NCBI RefSeq assembly: GCF_001194135.2
Contig: NC_068981.1
Coordinates: 111,028,462 to 111,092,461, forward strand
Source: Octopus bimaculoides
Lineage: Eukaryota
DNA length: 64,000 nt
Direction: 5' to 3'
Below, in pieces: positions 37,880-49,349 of this stretch. The notes beneath the pieces were generated by a model that was not told the DNA's origin, made no database searches, and saw only the letters and a program-made list of their open reading frames with translations. Numbering within the stretch: position 1 is the first letter of the stretch; the number at the start of each line of letters is the position of its first letter. The position numbers and the translations under genes were made by a program.

Positions 37880-39410
37880 CTTACATGCATAGCAGTTTTA
37901 CTACCTGCAGCCTACAGTACCATGCTATCAGTTCTTTTCAGCTATCTAATACTTTCCTGATTGTTCTGGCCATGCCAAGGAGGCAAACCTTTTGTAACAG
38001 TTCTACTGAGCACTCTGTTCCCATTTTCTTTATATTTCTCTTGATGCCTTCTGATACTGTTTCCAAGGAACCAATAATAATTGGCACTATCTTCACCTTC
38101 TTAATTTTCCATAGCCAGGCTATTTTTTACTTAAGAGGGTTGTATCTATCTGTCTTTTTACCTTCCTTCTTGACTATTCATGGGTCAAATGGGCATCCAA
38201 CATCAACTATATAGCATATGTGGTGCACCTTGTCCACCACCACTAGGTCCAGTTGGTTAAGCTCTAGCACCTTATCTGCTTGGATTGGAAAATCCCAGAG
38301 GATTTTGCTAGTCTCTGACTCCACCATTCTTTGCGGTTTGTACTCATACCACATTTTGCCTCTCTCTCTAACCCCCACTTTTCGCACAGTTTCCAATGTA
38401 GCACTTTCACTACCTGGTTGTGATGCCACAACTTGTAGTGGTTTTAGGCAAGTGTAGGGCATTTGTTTGTGATATGGGCAATAGTTTCATCCACTCTATT
38501 GCAAATGTGACACAGCGGAGACACTTGCTCATTCCTAAGGTTGACCCTCCAGTTCATGGCCAAAGCTTGGTCTTTTGCTGCCAGTATAGTGCTCTTGGTC
38601 TCTTTTTTTAGGGTTTCTTTCATCAACCATTCCCATCTATTTTTCTAGCAACTTCTGTTGTGGCTACATGGAATTGATTGTGTAGTCCCTTGTTGCATAA
38701 TTCTTTTTCATGTCCTTTGTATACTTCTACCTTTGTTTTCTCTTTTTCCTCTGCTCTCAGTACTCACTCATTCCTGTCACTAGCAAGGTTTCCTTACTTT
38801 GGGTTAGGTATCTCATTAAGCTCTCAAGTTCGATACACACACAGTCTTCTACACTTATCAGTCCCCTTCCTCCATTTGCTTTCTTCAGTCAGTGTCTGCT
38901 TGTGGATGATGGGCTTCATGCATCGTTAGGAACTTTCTTGACTTCCTGTCTATCTCCTTTAGCTCCTCCTCTGTCCACTTCAAGATTCCAATGCCATACT
39001 GAACTACTGTGACTGTGTGCAAGTTTATTGCTTTGAAGCCAATATTTTTCTCACTTGCCACAAGTACTCTCTTTTTGTGTTTTCCTTCGTGTTGTGATGT
39101 TTGATTCCATCTGCCTCAAGTATTCTCAGGTATTTATAGCTGGATTGAGGTTGAATTGCCTCCATCATTTCACCACTTGGCAACCATATGGCTTCTGTCC
39201 TGGCAAACTTTCCTCATCTCATCATCATCGTTGCACATTTTGAGAGTCCAAACTCCATCTTAATATCATTGGAGAAAATCTGCACAGACTGAACTAGGCT
39301 GTCCAGCTCTGCCTCAGTTTTCATAAATAGCTTCAGGTCGTCCATGAATAGCATGTGGTTCAGTTTTCCCTTACCTCTTCCCAGATCATACCCCAACTTT
39401 GATACTCCAG
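37880..39410 (-). mobile_element. R4/Dong-like REL LINE, 5'-truncated (RT FMDD to C-terminus)
   Basis: LNHMLFMDDLKLF; CHICNRVDETIAHITNKCPTLA; ILWDFPIQADK...DLVVVDK..CYIVDVGCPFD. Confidence 0.88.
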
Positions 39411-39419
39411 TATCCCTAG

Positions 39420-40860
39420 TACTTTTCTTTTATTTCTTAAGAGTGTCTGGGAAATGATCCAAGTGACTGTGGAGGTAATACACTTTGATACTGATCTTAC
39501 AGCCAAGTTTATGGAAAGAAGAATGCTTGTTCTCCACTAATTCCAATTATTTATGTGCTTTATGGCTCTCAAGGAAATTTCTTACAATCAGAGTGAACAA
39601 AGACCATGCATGTAACTCAGCATTGTTCATTGAATCTTGGAAATGCGAGTCTTTCATGAGATCCTTGATTTATGGCCTGTTGAAAATACCTGCATTCAGT
39701 TTCTCCATGCCCAATGTTGGAAGTTTCCTGCATATGTTGTCAAAGTTGTCCCGTCTTTGTTTGAAGCCTTCACAAACTATTTCATTAAATCTAATTTGAA
39801 GTACAGTGGTGATAAAGTGATCTTGTCTCTGACAACCAAGGTTTCTGAAATCTCATTCTTTTCTCTAACGGCCAGGTTTTCTCTCAGAGGCCATTGTTAT
39901 CTTACGCAATGCTTATCCTTAGATCCAGAGACAGAGAAAACAAGAGTACTTAGTGTATACACTCTGCTGATCCAGGAGAAAATTCACCTGCTTAAGATCC
40001 ACACAAGATTAGCCATTGGTGATCATGATATGATATCTTCTTTAAGACCAGGGCAATTGCTTCCTGCTACTTTGTCATTTTAGTTGAGTGACTAATTGGG
40101 ATTGATCTATATTTGTTGCTATTATTGCACATATTTCAAGCTTTGTTTAAAACTATTTATAAATAAGTACCATTCACTTGGTACTTATTTTTATATACTC
40201 ACTTCCATCAGCAACCTTTGAACATCATTGCAAAGATGAAATCGTTTTCTTCCAGTCTAATTTCTCTATTGTGATAGTATGCAATTTGGGTTCCCAATCT
40301 TTTCTGCTAGCCTGGATTCCAACAATTTTGTTGATTTCATCAAGATATTTAGCTCCCTAATGAGGTCATTGAGTTTTGGCTGACTGAAAACTTCTGCTGT
40401 TGATGAGGTTCCTTCAAAATCAGTCACACTGCTCATTAGTACTGTCTACAGCATAAATAGAAAATTTCTCTTATTTAGAGAACTTTTTCAGATGAGTGAA
40501 TAATGAGACAGGTATTTCATCTGAATGTGCAACAGGGCATTCTGTCAAGTCTAGGTCAGGATTTGTCCATTAACTCCAGTTATATCATTTAATACTCTTT
40601 ATGTTAACTAGACAGAAGTAGCAGTTATCATTTGATTTCTTTGTTCTCTCCAGACCATTGATATGCAAAACTTCAGGCATTTCCTCTTGTCATTAATCCA
40701 CTGCTGCAGGTGCTCAACATAAGTTTTAGGAACAGTGTGTGGAGCCCATGTCTTATCTTGTTTCCCCAGTTGTAATTTGAAATAGCTTAAGTATGCCTTT
40801 TTCACAAAATCAGAAATGGATTTTCTACTGCCCACTGCTTTCATACTAAACATTAAGCCA
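39420..40860 (-). mobile_element. CMC/Chapaev-3-like DNA transposase pseudogene
   Basis: VKKAYLSYFKLQLGKQDKTWAPH..MVWREQRN (ORF 40608-40853); DLKQVNFLL..YTKYSCFLC; ISIKVYYLHSHLDHFP; family assignment from recalled motifs. Confidence 0.65.
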
Positions 40861-41826
40861 TGTCAGCTGTTATATTTTGGAGATTTTTGTATCCTAATAG
40901 AGGATGAAGGCCACATTTATTTTTTTGACAGACATACATCAACCTGAATTTGAAGATCTACTAAAACTAATGGGAGACAGATTTGAAACTTACTTCTTTA
41001 ATGATGTTAATATTCATTGTCCATTTCACTGCCCTACAGAATTATTGCATGCATAATGCAGAGCCTGTGTTTTATAACAATAATCAACAACAGGTCTCTT
41101 AACTTCTCTAACCTTGTTCTTATCCATGTTGTTTTGGGACCTGCACCATGTGCTAATTTTGTATATTAACCAAAGTATATCCATGATTAAGTTGATCAAT
41201 CCATGATCATCATTCCAAGAATGCTGGTGCTATGGATTCTCTATGAAAATGAAATAAGCCCAGAGTTTGATCTCAGTATATATAGAAATACCCAGGATTG
41301 TAGGTTATCTTATTGTTTTTGTTTGCAATCTCACCGCCATTTACAATGGTTTTTAACATGTTGCAGAAAAAACTTATTAATTACATTGTTGGCATAAAAT
41401 AATGAAGCACAGTTTACTGGAGAGAAGATATTTTCTTAATGCTGCATATTTTCTAGAAATTAAAGATTAAAACATTACTAATAGTATCTTTTTATTTTCA
41501 TTGATACTTACTGAAAGTATGGAGCTGTATATTTTCTGTGAAGAAATAGTTTAAAGGATTTTGAAGAAACTGAAATTGTACATAGATCAAAGTCATGTTT
41601 TGGAAAGTAATCAGAAGTTTCAAGCAGATTTAATATTTGTGAGATTAAGATATCTGTGATTACATTCTCTGAACTATTATTTTCATGACTTTCACTATAA
41701 TTTTCATTCATATAATATTAACATAACAGTTAACAAGAAAAGCATTACTAAGACTTGACCATATTCTATTTAGTTTAAAGTTAAAATGTTTTATTAAATT
41801 GTTTCTTTTTCATGTGTGTGTTATAG

Positions 41827-41956
41827 ATGTTTTGGTGGAAATGTAAGTGAAGGAAAAATGTGTGATCACAAGTGGTTTGAGGCAAGAAACTGTAACAAAT
41901 ACAAAACATGTGATCAATGCCTGGCTATTTATCCAGAATTCAAGAAAATATCTCAG
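41827..41956 (+). CDS. MEGF8: MEGF8 internal exon (PSI)
   Basis: ttatag acceptor and gttagt donor; phase 2 fits the 23367 donor (AT+A = Ile); encodes CFGGNVSEGKMCDHKWFEARNCNKYKTCDQCLAIYPEFKKISQ. Confidence 0.85.
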
Positions 41957-42523
41957 GTTAGTGTGACAGTTCTTACATTTATTTTTGTTTGTTTGAAAGT
42001 AAATAATGACTTTAATTTTGTTCTATTGCTAATTTTCCATTTTGTTTATCTGCCACTCAAACTCCATCCCCTTCATACCACTTCTTCATTCAGCTCAAAA
42101 TAATGACCTTCATTAAGTACATAAGTACGTAGTTTAGTAGTAAGTTCATCTGTTCTGTATAAATAATTAGTTCACTTTCAGCATATAATGAGAATGTTAT
42201 TTTTATTAACTTACTGAGTGGTGAATTTAAAGTTCTGGAAGAATGCATGTAGGATTTACTGGAGAAGGTGTGAATTAAGGCTCATACAGTACAAAAAGGC
42301 TGAAATTTATTATGTGAAAATTTAATATAGCAAAAAGTCAGTCTTTTCTACCTTTTAATGTATATATTTAAAGACGTATGAATTAAATGTTTACCCCTTA
42401 TATGTTAATTACATTTAAGTTTTTAGTTGAATTTATTCTTTAAAGTATATATGTGTGTATTTGTGAGTAATGAATTTTTTGTTGTCTTATTGGAGAATTA
42501 ATTATTTGGAATTTTTTCTTCAG

Positions 42524-42725
42524 GTTTGCAAATGGTGCAAGCATTGTAAAGTTGGTAAATGTATTCACCAAAAACAGGAATGTGGTGCCCAAAATCCCTG
42601 TAATCGATCACAGGCTGAATTTCTTGATATGTCTGACTGTGATGGTATTGTGTGCAAAGCTGTAAATTGTCATTCATGCCACAGCTCAAAGAATTGCATG
42701 TGGACAAGACAAGTGACACGCACTG
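42524..42725 (+). CDS. MEGF8: MEGF8 internal exon (PSI repeats)
   Basis: ttcttcag acceptor and gtaagt donor, phase 0 in; VCKWCKHCKVGKC...CKAVNCHSCHSSKNCMWTRQVTRTG parallels vertebrate MEGF8 CKWCTNCPEGAC...CMWTRQFKRTG as recalled. Confidence 0.9.
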
Positions 42726-43631
42726 GTAAGTTGAATTTCTGAACAAGTATAGGAAGGATTAATTGAATACATAATGTATAAAAAAAAAGATGAAAGATTA
42801 ATTCAATACAAAATGCACAAAACCACTTAAGCACACAGGTTTATCAATTCTTTGGTTAAGAGAGGGAGAATCAGGGTTGTTATGCTCAAAACTTTACATA
42901 CATGAAAATGCAAGTACCAATTTCTGAAAAAAAAAAGTCTTTTTATCAATTAACAATATACAATAAGCACAAATCAAACAGTATGCATCATGAAAGAAAT
43001 ATTGTTTGCTTCCATTCAGCTATTTTGTTTATATCTTTGCCAGCAAGATGTTAGCTTAGGAAGGACTGTCCTGAGAGTAAAGATGTGTAAGTTCTAAAAA
43101 GTTACTATGGTTAATATTTGAAATTTCTCAGTTGCTCTGCATGAATATTTGGCAGAGGTAACAATGAAGTTTGATACTTGATAATGTTGTAGCTAAGTCA
43201 AGGATAAAATTAATACCATTTACTTTTGAAATTTCTAAAATTCAACTTATTAACATCCAATTTCAGTGATGTTGTCCTTCAGAGGCTGTATAGATTCCTG
43301 GGTTACATTCACTTCTTTGTCGTTTTTATCAGTTTTTATCAATTGTCATTTTCATCACATATTTCCAGATCCAGAGGAGCCAGGTTATGTATAGATTTAA
43401 TTTTAAAAAAATTTTATTATGAACATAACAGTTCTTGGCAATAGTTTGGAAAATCCTGCTGCTATCATTATTATTCTTTTTTTTTTATCTTAAGATAAAA
43501 GCTATGGATGACCTGATAGCTGCAGAAGACACTTGTCTAAGGTGTCATGCAGTGGTACCAAACTGAAGACCACTTGGTTGGGAAGCAAGTTTCTTAACTA
43601 CACAGCCATGTTTACATCCATGTTTATATAT

Positions 43632-43684
<53 letters not shown>

Positions 43685-44349
43685 TTAACATTCATTTTCC
43701 ATGCTGGCATGAGTTTGATGGTTTGACAGGAGCTGGCAAGCCAGAGAACTGTGTCAGGCTCTACTGTCAAGATTTCTGTGATTGGATGTCCTTCCTAATG
43801 CCAACCACTTTACAGATTGTACTAATTGCTTTTTATGTGGGACCAGCACCATCAAGTTCACCAAGTAACTTGCAAAAACCTCTATCAACTGAGAGGGTAA
43901 GTGATATTGAGGGAGGTGGCTTTGTGCCAGATGATGTGAAGTTAAACTATGATAGAGGAGATACATAGCTACTCCTCTTGGAAAGAGAGGTGGTGGTGAT
44001 GGTGATATACCAGGGCATACCCTTGAGGTACAAAGAAGTGAATGTAAGTGAAGTGGTACTGAGGATTGGACAGGGTGAGTGAACAGGGAGTTCAGAAGAG
44101 TGCAAAAAGAGAGTTGGGGAGAGGAGAGGAGAAAGGGAATATTGTGAGTGGTGAAAGCAGATATATAGGAGGCCAGCAAATCAAAAATGATAGAGTTGCC
44201 AAAAACAGGACAGGAGAGATAGATAACAAAGTGATATTGGGCTGCAGAAGCAGTGGGTCTAGAGACAAGCATAGTGCATAAAGAAATGTAGTTTGGGTAG
44301 GAGTATGAATTAATATTACATGTAGGTGGAGAGCACATAATACTCAATG

Positions 44350-44985
44350 CTTCCAGAATTCAGTTTCACTGAGGTGGGCAAATTTTCTCAAGAATCTCAC
44401 ATTGCCAGACATCTTGGTCCATTGTCATCTTCTTTGTGAGACTCGTCATGCCGAGTTAGCCCTCACTACTTCATCACATGTCTTCTGCAGGTTCCATCCA
44501 CTGTGAGTGATTGGCATTTCTTTATGAAGCTGACCTTCATTCATATGCATAACATACCCAAACCATTGTAGTCTTAGCTCTTGCATGCATCACTTGACTT
44601 CTCTTATGCCTAACTTTTCTTACAACATATTTGCACTTTGTTATACATGCACTCTGATGTTGCACATCCATCAGAGCATACGAATTTCATTCTTCTCCAG
44701 TCTTCAGAAATGCTCTGTATTCAAAGCCGACATCTCATTACCATGGAGCAGAACTATGTAACAAAAACTCTGTACTACATCTAGGAAGCTTCCTGAGTAT
44801 TTGAGAAAATCTGATTCCTGTGTGATCTTAGTGTTTATTGCTCCTGCACATCTGCCACATACAAAGACACCCTTTGTTACCCTACCTGTGATTCAACTGT
44901 ATCTCTTATGTGTCCATAGCATTTACTGGGTGCATGAAATTCCATTCAAATTCCAACAATATATAATACACTACACGTCTTTGTA
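44350..44985 (-). mobile_element. Decayed RTE LINE fragment
   Basis: Similar to the 8900-9640 RTE region (gctcctgcacatctgccacatac, ctcttatgtgtccatagc). Confidence 0.65.
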
Positions 44986-44989
44986 TATA

Positions 44990-45200
44990 TGAGGGGTTGC
45001 TGCAAAGTTTCTGGCTTTAAAAGTATCACGAAAGGCCTGACTGGAGGTCCAACCTTTCGAGTTCTCTTACAGGGCTTGGAAAAATTGAAGGACCACTGCA
45101 ATAAGTGTGTGAATCTGAGAGGGGAATATGTTGAATAAAATCATAATTAACTGATCCTCCTGTATTTTCTGTTACCCAAATCCAGGTATTTTTCAGCACC
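44990..45200 (+). mobile_element. Mariner-derived MITE
   Basis: Imperfect TIRs gaggggttgctgcaaagtttctgg / ccaggtatttttcagcacccc; internal GLEKLKDHCNKCVNLRGEYVE* resembles the mariner C-terminus. Confidence 0.7.
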
Positions 45201-45201
45201 C

Positions 45202-46950
45202 CACAAGAATAGGCCCCAACTATGCGAACCTGTTTGTTGGCTATGTTGAGGCCCAAATATTCTCAAGTTTCACTGGTCCCACTCCTGAACTATATGGTCG
45301 TTATATTGATGACTGTAACGGTGCAACCTCACTCCCCCACGAACAGCTAGACTCCTTCCTCTCTTTTGTCAAATCTTTCCATCCTGCCCTCCACTTCTCC
45401 TGCAGTATTTCCAGCACCTCAGTCGCCTTACTCGACACTCCACTCTCACCACCTCCATCCACTACAAGCACACAAACTCACACTCATACCTCAACTTCTC
45501 CTCCTCCCACCCTAAACACACCAAGCTCTCCATCTCCTATTCCTAATTCCTCTGTCTACGCAAGCTCTGCAGTGACAACCATGACTTCGAGACTCAGTTT
45601 CAACTTATGGCTCACCACTTCATGCTATGTGGATATCCCCTCACCATTATCCACACTGCCCTTGCCAGAACATGTTCTGTGGACTGTGCATCTGCTCTCT
45701 CCCCCGCACCTACCTCGCTGTCACCCGTCTCCCCTCACCTACCACCCCACCACCCTACCTCTCCAACGCACCATTCTCCGAGCCTTCTGGTGACTCCAGT
45801 CCAACCCCTCCACTTCGCACGTCTTCCCTAACCAACCCCTCCCCTCCTTCAAATGAGCCCACAACCTACGAGACCTCTTGGTCCACAGCTTCTTCCCTCA
45901 CCCAACCTCCCAACCCGGCTCATTCCCCTGCTCCTGCCTATGCTGCTGCACTTGCCCTTACCTCCAACACCACCCTCCTCACAGGTACCCATCATTGACA
46001 CTATCATATCACTGACCCCTTCACCTGCACTTCTAGCAACATCATTTACCACACCTCCTGCTCTCTCTGTCTTTCTCTATACATCAGTCAAACGGGATGC
46101 TGCTTGGCTGACCGGTTCGTGGAAGACCTCTGAGACATTCGACTTGGCAACGACACCTTGGTCTTGCACCATTTCTGCTCTACCAATCACTCTGTAAAAC
46201 ACCTGTCTGTGTTCAGATTGTCCTTTCACAAGGGCCATCCAGACTCCTGTCTTTGCTGTGAGCAGGGATTAATCTCTCTTCATTCCTTTGCGCCACATGG
46301 GCTCAACTCTCCTCCCCTCTTCATCTAACCCTCCTCTCTCTCTCTCTCTTCCTCCCATCCACCTCACCTCTCTTGCTGTGGCACCTACTTCCTCTCTTCA
46401 CTCCTACTCACCTTCTCCTTTCATTGTGACCCCCTCCCTTGTTACCCCACCCCTACACATTCCAACACCACCATCCCTATACATCCCATCCCACCCCCAC
46501 TCCACCCCATCCCTTAGACCCCACATTTGCTTCCCCCACACTCAACATCACCACATCACACCACCCGGCACACACTAGCATTGACCACTTTCCAGCATAT
46601 ACACTAACACTGACCACTTCGCAGCACCTACACCATCATCCACACACCTATACACGCACATGTGAGTGTCACCAGCCCCCTTCCACACACGCATACACAC
46701 GGACATGCACCTTCATTTTGGGATCACCACAACTTTATTATCTCCCCTTCTTCCTAGCTCTCCTGTGTGACCCCTCTGTTTGGCATTCACCATGATAGAT
46801 CGCTGGCCACTAAACCTTTTTCTATTTTCTCTCCCTGTTTATTTCTGTGTTCCTTTCTTTCGAAGAGCGTAGGCTCGAAACATGAAAGACTTTCTCACTT
46901 CCTTAGCATTAAACTAATACATCTGTTTATTGTTTACATACCCGTCTTCG
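45202..46950 (+). mobile_element. Penelope-like element (Neptune/Poseidon-like), 5'-truncated RT, GIY-YIG and C-rich tail
   Basis: TRIGPNYANLFVGYVE...YGRYIDDC (RT); LTYHPTTLPLQRTILR; FTCTSSNIIY..CSLC..LYISQTG (GIY-YIG). Confidence 0.85.
46853..46888 (+). ncRNA. Hammerhead-like remnant with mutated core at the 3' end of the PLE
   Basis: CTTT/AAAG stem I, GAGC-GTAG-GCTC stem II and GAAA are present; the CUGANGA position reads CTTTCGA. Confidence 0.35.
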
Positions 46951-47351
46951 TCTTTTGTTTTTTTGTAAATTCTCACTGTATATATATATATTTCTATATA
47001 TATATATATATATATGACAGCCTTCTTTCAGTTTCCATGTACGAAATCCACTTACAAGGCTTTGCTCGGCCTTCGGCTATAAGGTGTATATATATATATA
47101 TATATATATGCTGGTATCCTCTTAAGCTTTGAATCACTAGGTCTGATAAGATGATCCATATATCAGAAACAAAAAAACAAATAAAATCAGTGACAGTTAG
47201 AAATCTGTTTAGAATTATTCACTAACTTGTATGGTCTGGCTAAGTCAAAATGGTGTTTTGTATTCTTCCTTTCTACTTGGAGAGTTTAAATGTAGTTATA
47301 AAGATATGTCCTTCTGTTGAAATGTAATTTCAGTAAATTTCTATATCTTTG

Positions 47352-47439
47352 TGCAGCTGACGATTGCTCTGCATTTTACATGTGATGTAATGTTCACATT
47401 GCTTAAATAAATGGAGTCGCATGAAACGATCGTATTGCA
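47352..47439 (+). ncRNA. Minimal type I hammerhead ribozyme
   Basis: TGCAG-CTGACGA (47357-47363), stem II TGC../..GCA, GAAA (47423-47426), perfect palindromic stem III ACGATCGT, GUA, then TTGCA. Confidence 0.8.
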
Positions 47440-47569
47440 TTAACTTTGGATATCCTTCTTGCTTATTTTGATTTTAATCACCTTATTTTGAAATTGTATG
47501 GATAATATCATACTTAATTCTGGTGCCTAAACTTAAGTACTATATTCACCTTGAATCTATATATATCAT

Positions 47570-48080
47570 CATCATCTTCATCGTTTAAAGTCCGCTTTCC
47601 ATGCTGGCATGGGTTGGGCAGTTTGACTGAGGACTGGCAAGCCAGAAGGCTGCACTAGGCTCCAATCTGATCTGGTAAAGTTTCTACAGCTGGACACCCT
47701 TTCTAAAGCCAACCACTTCAAGAGTGTAGTGGGTACTTTTACGTTCCACCGGCATGAAGGCCAGTCAGGCAGTTCTGGCAACGACCATGCTCAAAATGTG
47801 TTTTTTACATGCAACCTGCATGGGAGCCAGTCCAGCAGTACTGGCAACGACAATACTCGAATGTTGTTTTTCATGTGCCACCGGCACATGTGCCAGTAAA
47901 GCAACGCTAGCAACAATCATGCTCGAATGGTGCTTTTCATGTGCCAGTGGCATGGGAGCCAGTTTGCATCCCTGGCAACGATCACGCTCAGATGGTGCTT
48001 TTAACGTTCCACTGGGACGAGTGCCAATCAAGCGGTACTGTCATCGACCACGTCAGCGATTGTCCAATGTGTTTTGAGTT
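47570..48080 (-). mobile_element. RTE 3' UTR/tail with internal tandem units of about 66 bp
   Basis: Same sequence family as 8185-8640 and 51890-52360. Confidence 0.85.
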
Positions 48081-48234
48081 TTTAATGTATCAACTTCATT
48101 ATCTTCACACAGATATGTGTGTGTGTGTGAATAAGGAAGAAGACATAACAATGAGTGTTGAGATATATATATATATATATATATATTCACTCACACACAC
48201 ACACTCACACACACACACACACTCACACATATAT

Positions 48235-48900
48235 AATAGACCACGTAGAACTAGAACTAGGAAAGTTTTGTGGTTTAACCCCACATTTAATATTGCTCTA
48301 AAAACTAATATAGGCAGGGAATTCTTAAAATTAGTTTCTAAGCATTTTCATAAGTTCTATAGAATTTTTAATTGGAGAACACTGAAGGTTAGCTATTCGT
48401 GTTGCAAAAACTTTAGTCAACAAGTATAACATGAAAATTATTACGAACAGCTACAGTGCCGGATCTAATCTGAGGAACTGCAACTTCAAAGGTTAGACTT
48501 GCTGTCCGTTAGAAGGTAAATGTCTTGAAAAAGGAATTGTTTATAGACCTAAAGTGCAAGTACATGGCTTACAAGAACATTAAACATACACAGGGGCTTC
48601 AGAAAATTCATTCAAGACTCCATTCTATTACCACTGAAATTCTTTCCGATACCCTGAGGATAGGACAGCAACTAGTCTTGCAAAACATGTCTGGGAATTG
48701 AAAGAGAATAACACCTGTCCTTTCAATGTAACCTGAGAAATTCTACAAAAAGCATCATCATACAAACATCATACAGACCTATGAAATGTAATTTTGCCTT
48801 TCAGAAAAGTTCTTCATCTTGTTCCAGGATAAACATGCTTTAAACCAAAGATGTGAGCTTTTAAATTCCTGTAGGCATGCTTTGAGGTTTAAAACTTCAA
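48235..48900 (+). mobile_element. Penelope-like (Naiad-type) fragment: linker and GIY-YIG
   Basis: RKVLWFNPTFNIALKTNIGREFLKLVSKHF; CCPLEGKCLEKGIVY; LAKHVWELK; ELLNSCRH. Confidence 0.85.
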
Positions 48901-49309
48901 CCGATAAAATACTGCATGGGTAAAACTTTTTGACTTTCGAAAAATTTTGACTGTCACATTTGAATTTGACTTTACACATTATAGTTATTTTGTATTGCAA
49001 TAATATTGCAATGCTAGTGCATATTTCGACTTCACTTTTAAGAAAGCCTTCGACTGTTTTATTTTTATTGTTTACTCAAGTATTTAATTACGTTATACCA
49101 ATTTATTTTGCAGTTTCCTTATTTTAACATTTGAATATTATACATACCAGACAGTTTTTTAAAATTGTTTGCATATATATGTTATTTATCTTGATGTGAA
49201 GATATATCTCTATATATTTATGTGTATTGTAGGTATGTGTGTGTGTATATGTATGTATGTGTGTATATGTATGTATGTATGTGTGTGTACGTGTATATAT
49301 GTGTGTGTA

Positions 49310-49349
<40 letters not shown>

